Of a stretch of DNA of 64,000 bases, positions 51,662 to 60,118 are shown piece after piece. Source of the DNA: Betaproteobacteria bacterium (GTDB taxonomy: Bacteria; Pseudomonadota; Gammaproteobacteria; Burkholderiales; SG8-39); NCBI GenBank assembly GCA_037443705.1, contig JBBINV010000011.1:3667-67666 (forward strand), written 5' to 3'. Position 1 is the stretch's first letter. Each line of letters opens with the position of its first letter. The notes under the pieces were generated by a model, which was given only the letters and a program-made list of their open reading frames with translations, was not told where the DNA came from and made no database searches. Made by a program: the position numbers and the translations under genes.

Positions 51662-54118
51662 TCACCGAGCCGGAACGAGCCGCAGCGTCTTGTGCGGCTG
51701 CGAATCCAGCGTCTTGCGGTCGGTGGCCATGCGGATGTACTCGCCCTTCGCCCAGGCCTCGGTGAACGCGGCGTAGTGCGGCGAGAGGATGTTGCCCGAC
51801 TGTCCGCCGGAGTGGATGAAGAGCGAGTTCTCCAGGTCGGAGAGATCGTAGATCGCGCGCAGGCTCGCGGCGTGGCGGTTGGCGAACGGGCGCTCGTCGT
51901 CGTGGAAGTCCTTGCGGCCCACGTTTATGGTGTAGGTGTCGCCCGGCGTGGGCGCGGTAATGTCGAACAGGCGCGCCAGGAGCGGCTGGCGACCGAACGG
52001 CCGGTGCTCGAGCCGAGCGAAGTGCGCCTCGCCCCAGCGCCAGCGCGAGCTGTCCGCGCCGTAGCGCTGCGTCAGGTCCTTGAGCGCGGCCTCCAGCGAC
52101 AGCGCGAGCAGTTCCTCGCAGGTTTCCACGGCCGGCGTGCGCAGATCGTCGCACCAGCGTGCAGCCTCGCCGTTCCCCGCGAGCACCGTTGCGACGAGCG
52201 GGGCGCGCGGCGCCCAGTTGGCGCGAAACGCTTCGCCCAGCTCGTCGGCATAGAGCGCGCGCGTGAGCTCCCGCCACCACGCCCAGGCTATGACGGGTTC
52301 GGCGCGCCCCGGCGACATCGTCCCGTCCCATTTGGCGAGCATCGCGAGCGCCTTGCGCGCCTCCTCGCTCCTCGGGCGCGTCCCAAGGAGGCGGGGGAGT
52401 GACTCGCGCATCGCAAGCGACACGACATCCGCCTGCATGCGCGCGAAGCTCGCGACCGAGTGCTTGGGCGCCGCCTCGAGGAGTTCCGCGATGCGGTTTG
52501 CGCGATACGGAGGCTGCCATTCGCTGGTGAGGTAGTGCGCGTAGCCCGGCGGCGTGATTCGCTCGTTCGCCGTGAGAATCCGGCCGCTCGACGGGTTGTA
52601 CGTTCGCGGCAGCTCTTCGAACGGGATCCATCCCGCCCAGTCGTATCTCGCGTCCCAGCCCGGCGCGGGTGCGAGGCCCTTCAAGTCGTTCTCGGGCTTT
52701 CGCACCGGCACGCGCCCGGCGGCGATGTAGCCGATGTTGCCCTCGACGTCGGCGTAGACCATGTTCTGCTGCGGGACGTGGAAGTCGCGCGCCGCGGCGA
52801 GGAACCCTTCCCAGTCGCGCGCGCGCGCGAGCTTGTGGGCGGCCTGCAGCGTCTTGTCGTCCTCGAGCAGCGCGGTCCACGCGAACGCGAGCACGTAGCC
52901 GCGCGGCGCGAGCTCCTGCGCGCTTCGCAGCACGTCCGAGATCACGGGACCGTGGCGGGAGACGCGCACGCGCAGGCGCTCGTCGGGTGCGCCCTTTACC
53001 TTGAGAGTTTCCTCGATCACCTGGAATGGCCGCGGGCCCTCGGGCGTGACGTAGCCGCCCGCCGCGTCGAGCTTCTCGAGGTACAGGTCCTGCACGTCCG
53101 GCCCGGTGTTGGTGAAGCCCCAGGCGATGCGGTCGTTCCTCCCGAGCACAATCGCCGGCACCCCGGGCAGCGTCGCACCGATCACGTCGGTGCCGGGAAC
53201 CGAAAGGTGCGCGAAATACCACACTGGCGGCGCGGTGAGGCCGAGGTGCGGGTCGTTTGCGAGCAGCGGCTTGCCCGTGACGCTGCGCTCGCCCGAAACG
53301 ACCCAGTTGTTCGAGCCGATTCCTTCGCCGTCGCCGAGGAAATCCGGAAAAACCGGGACAGACCCGGTTTTCGCGGTTGGCTGTTCGGAAAACCGGGTCT
53401 GTCCCGGTTTTTCCTCCGCCAGCTGCACCGCCTCACGCTCGAGCCGGCCGTAGAGCGACTTCAGGTCCGCGATCTCGGGAGGCGGCTCGCCGGGATAGGG
53501 AGCGATGAACTCGTGGATGCGCGCGAGCGGCAGCGTGCGCGCAAGGCGCATCCGGAGGAGCTCATTCCTCCAGTTGCCGCCCAGATCCCAGGCCATCATC
53601 TTGACCCAGGCGGCGGAATCGGCGGGCGTCCAGCGCTCGGGGCGCGCGCCGGTGAGCCAGAACTCGGGCGGCAGCACGGGGTCGGCGGCGAGAAACGCGT
53701 TGACTCCGCGAGCGTAGGCCTCGAGCAGCTGCCGGGTCTCGGCGTCGGCCTGGCGAAGGTTCGCTTCGGCTGCGCGGCGCACGCCGAGCGTGCGCAGGAA
53801 CCGGTCGGTCTCGCGCGCGCCCGGCCCCAGGATCTCCGCGAGGCGCCCCGCCGCGATCCTCCGGTTCATCTCCATCTGCCAGAGCCGGTCCTGCGCGTGC
53901 GCGTAGCCGAGCGCGAAGAGCGCGTCTTCGAGCGTCTGCGCGCGGATGTGCGGGATGCCGTAGCGGTCGCGCCGGATCTCGGCCGGGGCGCCGAGGCCGT
54001 GGATCCGTACCTCGCCTTCGACGCGCGGTAGCGACTGGCGAAGATAGAGGTAGCCCGCGCTCACGGCGAGCGCGACCCCGAGCACCAGCGCGAACAAGCC
54101 CCGGACGAGCAGCCTCAC
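51662..54118 (-). CDS. Penicillin acylase / AHL acylase family Ntn-hydrolase
   Basis: GTG 54118; N-terminal anchor; RD.YGIPHI.A; GYAHAQDRLWQME; nucleophile G-SNNWVVSG (Ser codon 53314-53312); LANDPHL; GQSGN. Confidence 0.92.
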   Translation of the reverse strand: MRLLVRGLFALVLGVALAVSAGYLYLRQSLPRVEGEVRIHGLGAPAEIRRDRYGIPHIRAQTLEDALFALGYAHAQDRLWQMEMNRRIAAGRLAEILGPGARETDRFLRTLGVRRAAEANLRQADAETRQLLEAYARGVNAFLAADPVLPPEFWLTGARPERWTPADSAAWVKMMAWDLGGNWRNELLRMRLARTLPLARIHEFIAPYPGEPPPEIADLKSLYGRLEREAVQLAEEKPGQTRFSEQPTAKTGSVPVFPDFLGDGEGIGSNNWVVSGERSVTGKPLLANDPHLGLTAPPVWYFAHLSVPGTDVIGATLPGVPAIVLGRNDRIAWGFTNTGPDVQDLYLEKLDAAGGYVTPEGPRPFQVIEETLKVKGAPDERLRVRVSRHGPVISDVLRSAQELAPRGYVLAFAWTALLEDDKTLQAAHKLARARDWEGFLAAARDFHVPQQNMVYADVEGNIGYIAAGRVPVRKPENDLKGLAPAPGWDARYDWAGWIPFEELPRTYNPSSGRILTANERITPPGYAHYLTSEWQPPYRANRIAELLEAAPKHSVASFARMQADVVSLAMRESLPRLLGTRPRSEEARKALAMLAKWDGTMSPGRAEPVIAWAWWRELTRALYADELGEAFRANWAPRAPLVATVLAGNGEAARWCDDLRTPAVETCEELLALSLEAALKDLTQRYGADSSRWRWGEAHFARLEHRPFGRQPLLARLFDITAPTPGDTYTINVGRKDFHDDERPFANRHAASLRAIYDLSDLENSLFIHSGGQSGNILSPHYAAFTEAWAKGEYIRMATDRKTLDSQPHKTLRLVPAR
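53346..53414. repeat. Long-arm palindromic element, subtype A, in-frame inside the acylase gene
   Basis: Perfect 27-bp arms 53346-53372 and 53388-53414 with a 15-nt loop; 69 bp equals 23 codons. Confidence 0.92.
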
Positions 54119-54214
54119 GGCCGGGAGAATACCCTTTTCCCGGTTCGTTCCTCGTATGCGGCAGTGCCGCATTTCTGTTATAACCGGCCGGTTACCACGG
54201 CAGGGGAAGCTGCG

Positions 54215-55441
54215 GTGCTCTACAGCCTCTACGAAGCCCACCACACGGCGCTCACGCCGCTGCGCTACGCCGCGGAGCTGACCCGCGGCTGGTTCGGGCA
54301 TCCCTTCAGCCCTCTTGCCTACATGCCGGTCTCGAGGCGCCTCGCCGCGTCCTCGGACCTGTTCCTTCGTGTCACGCAGCGCTACGAAAGGCCCGATTGG
54401 CGCATCGCGGCCACCCGCATCGGCGAGCGCATCGTCCCGGTGACGATCGAGACCGCGGTTGCGAAACCGTTCTGCAACCTGATCCATTTCAAGCGCGCGC
54501 TCGACGAGCCGCGCGACGACCCGAAGGTGCTGGTGGTCGCGCCGCTCTCGGGGCATCACGCGACGCTCCTGCGCGACACGGTGAAGGCGTTCCTGCCCGA
54601 ACACGAGGTGTGGGTGACCGACTGGATCGACGCGCGGATGGTGCCGCTCGCGCACGGGACATTCCACCTCGACGACTACGTGGACTACGTGCGCGAGTTC
54701 ATTGCGCTGCTGTCTCCGGAGCTCAACGTGATCTCGGTGTGCCAGCCGACCGTTCCCGTGCTCGCGGCGATCTCGCTCATGGCGCAGGCCGGCGACGAAA
54801 AAGCCCCCGCCACGATGGTGATGATGGGCGGTCCGATCGACGCGCGAAAATCGCCCACGGCGGTGAACAATCTCGCGATGAAGAAGCCGTACTCGTGGTT
54901 CGAGAGCCACGTGATCCAGCGCGTGCCTTCGAAGTACCCCGGCTTCATGCGGCGCGTGTACCCGGGATTCCTGCAGCATCTCGGGTTCGTGGCGATGAAC
55001 CCCGACCGGCATCTCACGGCGCACTGGGAGTACTACAACCATCTGCTGCGCGGCGACGGCAGCTCCGCGGAGTCGCACCGGCGCTTCTACGACGAGTACA
55101 ACGCGGTGCTCGACATGCCCGCCGAGTATTACCTCGACACGATCCGCACCGTGTTCCAGGAATTCGCTCTGCCCAGGGGGCGCATGTTCGTGCGCGGAGA
55201 GCTGGTTCGGCCGCAGTCGATCCGGCGCACGGCGCTCCTCACGATCGAGGGCGAGCTCGACGACATCTCCGGGAACGGGCAAACGGAAGCCGCGCACCTG
55301 CTGTGCCTGAACATCCCGCGCGAGCGGCGCGCGCACTATTGCGCGCCGGGCGTGGGGCACTACGGGATCTTCTCGGGGCGGCGCTGGCGCGAGACGATCT
55401 ACCCCCGGGTGCGCGACTTCCTCCGCGCCTACAGCTCGTAG
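54215..55441 (+). CDS. phaZ: Intracellular PHB depolymerase (PhaZ1/PhaZa type, Cys nucleophile)
   Basis: GTG 54215; VAPLSGHHATLLRDTV, TDW.DAR, FHLDDY, SVCQP.VP, MGGPID, YPGFLQ, EGELDDISG.GQT, GHYGIFSG. Confidence 0.93.
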   Translation: MLYSLYEAHHTALTPLRYAAELTRGWFGHPFSPLAYMPVSRRLAASSDLFLRVTQRYERPDWRIAATRIGERIVPVTIETAVAKPFCNLIHFKRALDEPRDDPKVLVVAPLSGHHATLLRDTVKAFLPEHEVWVTDWIDARMVPLAHGTFHLDDYVDYVREFIALLSPELNVISVCQPTVPVLAAISLMAQAGDEKAPATMVMMGGPIDARKSPTAVNNLAMKKPYSWFESHVIQRVPSKYPGFMRRVYPGFLQHLGFVAMNPDRHLTAHWEYYNHLLRGDGSSAESHRRFYDEYNAVLDMPAEYYLDTIRTVFQEFALPRGRMFVRGELVRPQSIRRTALLTIEGELDDISGNGQTEAAHLLCLNIPRERRAHYCAPGVGHYGIFSGRRWRETIYPRVRDFLRAYSS

Positions 55442-56373
55442 GTCGAGCCTGCCTCGCCCGCTACGGCCTTCTCCACAAGCGCGCGCGAAAGCCTGGGTGC
55501 GACGAGCTCGATGAAGTCATAGGCATAGCGCCGCAGGTACGCGCCGCGCTTCACGCCGAGGCGCGCCGTAGAGGAGGGAAACAGGTGCGCGGCGTCGATC
55601 GCCTTGAGCGGGCGGTCGCGGCGCGCGTCGAACGCCATCGCCGCGAGGATTCCGACCCCGAGCCCCAGCCCCACGTAGGTCTTGATCACGTCGGCATCGA
55701 ACGCCGTGAGCGCAATGCGCGGCGAAAGCCCCCGTTGCTCGAACGCGCGGCTGACGAGCGAGCGGTTGGCGTAGGCGTAGTCGTAGGTGACGATCGGGTA
55801 CTGCGCGATCGCCTCGAGCGTGAGCGGCCGCGCGCCAAGCAGCGGGTGCTTCGGGGGTACCACCACGCAGCGGTTCCACTGGTAGCAGGGCAGGGCGGCA
55901 AGACGCGCGTCCTCGGCGATGCGCTCGGTCGCGAGGCAAAGATCCGCCTCGCCCGCGGCCACCTGGTCGCAGATCTGCGCCGGGTTCCCCTGGTGGATCA
56001 CGAGGTACACGTCCGGGTAGCGCCGCTTGAACGCCGCCACCGGCGCGGGCAACGCGTAGCGCGCCTGCGTATGGGTGGTCGCGATCGTCAGCGTGCCGCG
56101 GTCGCGGCTCGCGTAGTCCTCGCCCGCGCGCTTGAGGCTCGCCGCTTCCGCGAGCATGCGCTCGGCGATCGCGAGCACCGCGCGCCCGGGCTCGGTGAGC
56201 GTCGTGAGGCGCTTGCCGCTGCGCACGAAGATTCTCACGCCGAGCTCGTCCTCGAGCTGGCGGATCGCCTTGCTCACGCCGGGCTGCGAGGTATGCAGCG
56301 CCTCGGCCGCCGCCGAGACGTTCAGGCCGCGGCGGGCGATCTCGCACAGGAAGCGGAGTTGCCGGAGAGTCAT
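55429..56373 (-). CDS. cysB: CysB/Cbl LysR-type regulator
   Basis: ATG 56373; LNVS.AAEALHTSQPGVSK.I, ATTHTQARY.LP, HQG.P.Q, DADVIKTYV..GLG. Confidence 0.93.
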   Translation of the reverse strand: MTLRQLRFLCEIARRGLNVSAAAEALHTSQPGVSKAIRQLEDELGVRIFVRSGKRLTTLTEPGRAVLAIAERMLAEAASLKRAGEDYASRDRGTLTIATTHTQARYALPAPVAAFKRRYPDVYLVIHQGNPAQICDQVAAGEADLCLATERIAEDARLAALPCYQWNRCVVVPPKHPLLGARPLTLEAIAQYPIVTYDYAYANRSLVSRAFEQRGLSPRIALTAFDADVIKTYVGLGLGVGILAAMAFDARRDRPLKAIDAAHLFPSSTARLGVKRGAYLRRYAYDFIELVAPRLSRALVEKAVAGEAGSTYEL

Positions 56374-56408
56374 AACCACAGAGCATATAAATGTAACACA
56401 TCAGTATT

Positions 56409-56436
56409 TTGAAGGAATAAGACCGGTCGCTACCAT
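56409..56436 (+). promoter_or_regulatory. Candidate promoter for the cysI operon (possibly leaderless); AT-rich CysB control region
   Basis: TTGAAG-16 bp-TACCAT, 7 nt before ATG 56444. Confidence 0.5.
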
Positions 56437-56443
56437 CGGCGGC

Positions 56444-58123
56444 ATGTATCGCTACGGCGGAATCGACCAGCGCGTGGTGGACGAGCGGGTGGCGCAGTTC
56501 CGCGGCCAGACCCGGCGCTACCTCGAAGGCAAGCTCTCCGAGGAGGAGTTCAGGGCGCTGCGCCTGCGCAACGGCCTGTACCTCCAGAAGCACGCGCCGA
56601 TGCTGCGCGTCGCGATCCCCTACGGGATGCTCTGCGCGCGGCAGCTCCGGATGCTCGCGCACATCGCGCGTACCTACGACAGGGGCTACGGGCACTTCTC
56701 GACGCGCCAGAACATCCAGTTCAACGGGCCGCGCCTGGAGGAAGTCCCCGAGATCCTCGCCGAACTCGCGACGGTGCAGATGCACGCGATCCAGACCTCC
56801 GGCAACTGCGTGCGGAACATCACCACCGACCATTTCGCCGGCATCGCACCCGACGAGGTGGTCAATCCGCTCGTGTGGTGCGAGATCCTGCGCCAGTGGT
56901 CGACCCTCCATCCCGAGTTCTCGTACCTGCCGCGCAAGTTCAAGATCGCGATCTCCGGCAGCTCCGCGGACCGTGCCGCGACTGCCGTGCACGACATCGG
57001 GCTTCTCGCCCTGAAGAACGAAGGCGGGGAAACCGGTTTCCGGGTCCGGGTCGGCGGGGGTCTCGGCCGGGCGCCGATCGTCGGCCAGGTGATCCGCGAG
57101 TTCCTGCCCTGGCGGCATTTGCTCACGTACGTCGAGGCTATCCTGCGTGTCTACAACCGCTTCGGGCGCCGCGACAACATCCACAAGGCGCGGATCAAGA
57201 TCCTCGTGAAGGAGATGGGCGTGAATGCGTTCCGCGACGCGGTCGAGGCGGAGTGGGCGAACCTCAGGGACCGCGAAGGAACGCTCTCCGGGGAGGACGT
57301 GCAACGGATCGAGAACCGGTTTTCGCGCCCTGACTACAAGGCGATTCGGGACGAGAGTCTTCTCGAAATCCAACCCGTTCCCGCCGCCTGGCTGAAGCGG
57401 AATGTCCATCCGCACCGCGTGCCGGGGTATGCCGCGGTGACGCTCTCGCTCAAGAAGACCGGTGTCCCGCCGGGCGATCTCACGGCCGAACAGATGGACG
57501 CCGTGGCGATTCTGGCCGAGCGCTTCAGTTTCGGCGAATTGCGCGTCACGCACGAGCAGAATCTCGTGCTTGCGGACGTGCGCCGGAGCGATCTGCCCGC
57601 GCTGTGGCGCGAAGCGAAGCGGCTCGGTCTGGCCACCCCCAACGTAGGGCTCCTGACCAACGTCATTGCCTGCCCCGGGGGCGATTTCTGCTCGCTCGCA
57701 AACGCGCGCTCGATCCCGATCGCCGAAGGCATCCAGAGGCGCTTCGACGACCTGGACCACGTATTCGACATCGGCGAGCTCGACCTGAACATCTCGGGCT
57801 GCATGAACGCCTGCGGCCACCATCACGTGGGGCACATCGGCATCCTCGGCGTGGATAAGAACGGCGAGGAGTGGTACCAGGTCACCGTCGGCGGCGATCA
57901 GCGCGGGAGAATCGGGTCGATCATCGGCCCGTCCTTCGCCGCCGCGGACGTTCCCGATGTGATCGAGCGTCTGCTCGCGGTCTATCTCGAGCGTCGCGAC
58001 TCGGAGGCCGAGCGCTTCGTCGACGTCGTGCAGCGAATCGGCGTCGAGCCGTTCAAGGAAAGGGTCTATGGCAACGTTGCTGATGCACGCACGCGTCGCG
58101 GCCGACAGCTGGCAGCTGCTTGA
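56444..58123 (+). CDS. cysI: Sulfite reductase hemoprotein (nitrite/sulfite reductase family)
   Basis: ATG 56444; RL.NGLY.Q, STRQNIQFN, LPRKFKIA, ACPGGDFCSLA and SGCMNACGHHH (Fe-S/siroheme Cys). Confidence 0.93.
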   Translation: MYRYGGIDQRVVDERVAQFRGQTRRYLEGKLSEEEFRALRLRNGLYLQKHAPMLRVAIPYGMLCARQLRMLAHIARTYDRGYGHFSTRQNIQFNGPRLEEVPEILAELATVQMHAIQTSGNCVRNITTDHFAGIAPDEVVNPLVWCEILRQWSTLHPEFSYLPRKFKIAISGSSADRAATAVHDIGLLALKNEGGETGFRVRVGGGLGRAPIVGQVIREFLPWRHLLTYVEAILRVYNRFGRRDNIHKARIKILVKEMGVNAFRDAVEAEWANLRDREGTLSGEDVQRIENRFSRPDYKAIRDESLLEIQPVPAAWLKRNVHPHRVPGYAAVTLSLKKTGVPPGDLTAEQMDAVAILAERFSFGELRVTHEQNLVLADVRRSDLPALWREAKRLGLATPNVGLLTNVIACPGGDFCSLANARSIPIAEGIQRRFDDLDHVFDIGELDLNISGCMNACGHHHVGHIGILGVDKNGEEWYQVTVGGDQRGRIGSIIGPSFAAADVPDVIERLLAVYLERRDSEAERFVDVVQRIGVEPFKERVYGNVADARTRRGRQLAAA

Positions 58124-58571
58124 GGGCGGCGCCGGGCGCTGGGTGGCGCCAGGCGAAGACGGCCTGGTGCCGGATTTCCCGGAGGACGCGGATCTGCTCG
58201 TGCCGCTCGCCGTCTTTCGCGCCCGGAAAGCCGAGCTCCTGGAGCGGCGCGGGCGCACCGGCGTGCTGCTCGAGCCGCACGAGGACCCGGCAATGCTCGC
58301 GCCGGATCTGGGGCGACTCGCGCTCGTCGCGCTGCGCTTTCCGAAGTTCTCCGACGGGCGCCCGTACTCGAGCGCGCGGCTGCTTCGAAGCCGCTACGGC
58401 TATCGCGGCGAGCTGCGCGCGGTCGGCGACGTTCTGCGCGACCACCTGCTCTTCATGCATCGCTGCGGCTTCGATGCGATGGCGCTTCGCGCCGACCAGG
58501 ATCCGGAAGACGCGCTCGCGGCGCTCGCCGAGCTGCCGCTCCGGTACGAAACCGGCGCCAGGGCGGCATGA
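58068..58571 (+). CDS. DUF934 family protein (sulfite reductase partner)
   Basis: ALRFPKFSDGR.YS.ARLLR.RYGY.GELRA.GDVL.D.L.FM.RCGFD. Confidence 0.9.
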   Translation: MATLLMHARVAADSWQLLEGGAGRWVAPGEDGLVPDFPEDADLLVPLAVFRARKAELLERRGRTGVLLEPHEDPAMLAPDLGRLALVALRFPKFSDGRPYSSARLLRSRYGYRGELRAVGDVLRDHLLFMHRCGFDAMALRADQDPEDALAALAELPLRYETGARAA

Positions 58572-59248
58572 GCCGGGCGCAAGCCGCACTCGATCTGCTC
58601 GGGCGCATCGCACGGGAGCACCCTCCGGCCGCGCTCGCCTCGAGCCTCGGGGCCGAGGACATGGTGCTCACGGACCTCATCGCGCGCGAGCACCTGCCGA
58701 TCGAGATCTTCACGCTCGACACCGGGCGCCTGCACGGAGACACGCTGGCTCTGATCGAACGGGCAGAGCGCCGTTACGGACTGGAGATAAAGGTTTTTCG
58801 TCCGCAGACCGGGGCGGTCGCGCGATTCGTTGCGAGCCACGGACCCGATGCCTTCTACCGGGGCGTTGCGCTTCGACAGCGCTGCTGCGAGATCCGCAAG
58901 CTCGAGCCGCTGTCGCGCGCGCTCGCCGGAAAAGGCGCCTGGATCACGGGCCTTCGGCGCGAGCAGTCGGCGGACCGCGCCGGGATCGCGCTCGAAGAGT
59001 TCGATTCGGCCCACGGCATCCCCAAATTCAATCCGCTCGCGCACTGGGGCGAGAAGGACGTCTGGGACTACCTGCGCGCGCACGCGGTGCCCCGCAACCC
59101 GCTCCACGACCAGGGCTACCGCTCGATCGGCTGCGCGCCCTGCACCCGGCCCGTGCTCCCGACGGAGGACCCGCGGAGCGGCCGCTGGTGGTGGGAGCGC
59201 GCCGGTGCACGCGAATGCGGCATCCATCCGCATGACGCACGAGCGTAG
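58568..59248 (+). CDS. cysH: Adenylyl-sulfate (APS) reductase, Fe-S type CysH
   Basis: SSLGAED, LDTGRL, CCEIRK, TGLRREQS, SIGCAPCT, RSGRWWWE, ECGIH. Confidence 0.93.
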   Translation: MSRAQAALDLLGRIAREHPPAALASSLGAEDMVLTDLIAREHLPIEIFTLDTGRLHGDTLALIERAERRYGLEIKVFRPQTGAVARFVASHGPDAFYRGVALRQRCCEIRKLEPLSRALAGKGAWITGLRREQSADRAGIALEEFDSAHGIPKFNPLAHWGEKDVWDYLRAHAVPRNPLHDQGYRSIGCAPCTRPVLPTEDPRSGRWWWERAGARECGIHPHDARA

Positions 59249-60116
59249 CCATCTCGACTGGCTCGAATCCGAGGCCATCTTCATCCTGCGCGAGGTTGCG
59301 GGCGAGTGCTCGAGCCCGGTGCTCCTTTTCTCGGGCGGCAAGGATTCGGCCGTGCTGCTGCGCCTGGCGGAGAAGGCGTTCCGCCCGGCGCGCTTTCCTT
59401 TCCCGCTCCTTCACGTGGACACCGGCGACAATTTTCCCGAGGTTATCGCGTTCCGCGATGCGCGCGTGGCGGAGCTGGGCGAGACGCTCATCGTGCGATC
59501 GGTAGATGACTCGATTCGCCGTGGAACCGTGAGACTGCGCTCTGGAGACAGGAGCCGCAATGCGGCGCAGTCGGTGACGCTGCTCGAGGCGATCGCGGAA
59601 TTCGGCTTCGACGCCGCGATCGGCGGGGCGCGACGCGACGAGGAAAGGGCGCGCGCCAAGGAGCGGATCTTCTCGTTCCGCGATTCGTTCGGCCAGTGGG
59701 ACCCGCGTAACCAGCGCCCCGAGCTCTGGGACCTGTACAACGCGCGCGTAGCTCCCGGCGAGCACGTGCGCGTATTCCCGATCTCCAACTGGACCGAGCT
59801 CGACGTCTGGCAGTACATCGCGCGCGAGCGGCTCGCCGTGCCTTCGATCTATTTTGCGCATCGCAGAAGGGTGGTTCGAAAGAAGGAGCTTCTCGTTCTC
59901 GCGTTGAACGGCGAACCGTCGGAGGAGCTGTCGGTCCGCTTTCGCACCGTCGGCGACATCCGCTGCACCTGCCCGGTCGAGTCGGCTGCCCTTGACGTCG
60001 ATGCGATCATCGAGGAAACGATGCGGGCGACATGGACCGAGCGTGGCGCCACGCGCATGGACGACCGTGCGTCCGAGGCCTCGATGGAGCGGCGCAAGCG
60101 TGAGGGATATTTCTAG
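59232..60116 (+). CDS. cysD: Sulfate adenylyltransferase subunit 2
   Basis: ATG 59232; LESEAI.ILREV, FSGGKDS, HVDTG.NFPEV, GGARRDEE, RKREGYF. Confidence 0.95.
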   Translation: MTHERSHLDWLESEAIFILREVAGECSSPVLLFSGGKDSAVLLRLAEKAFRPARFPFPLLHVDTGDNFPEVIAFRDARVAELGETLIVRSVDDSIRRGTVRLRSGDRSRNAAQSVTLLEAIAEFGFDAAIGGARRDEERARAKERIFSFRDSFGQWDPRNQRPELWDLYNARVAPGEHVRVFPISNWTELDVWQYIARERLAVPSIYFAHRRRVVRKKELLVLALNGEPSEELSVRFRTVGDIRCTCPVESAALDVDAIIEETMRATWTERGATRMDDRASEASMERRKREGYF

Positions 60117-60118
60117 AG

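Noticed and set aside
30130-54118. Genomic island or prophage integrated at tRNA-Thr
   Set aside because: No integrase, no duplicated tRNA 3' end that I could find, and no phage or conjugation genes; downstream genes are ordinary metabolic genes of similar composition.
51662-55360. 1232-aa acylase ORF, and similarly extended ORFs at 23604-26129, 31956-34238, 35174-37213, 17826-20075, 26458-28953 and 61284-62429, read as giant fusion proteins
   Set aside because: The N-terminal extensions are stop-free shadow frames of neighbouring genes; family homology begins at the internal starts given in the feature list.
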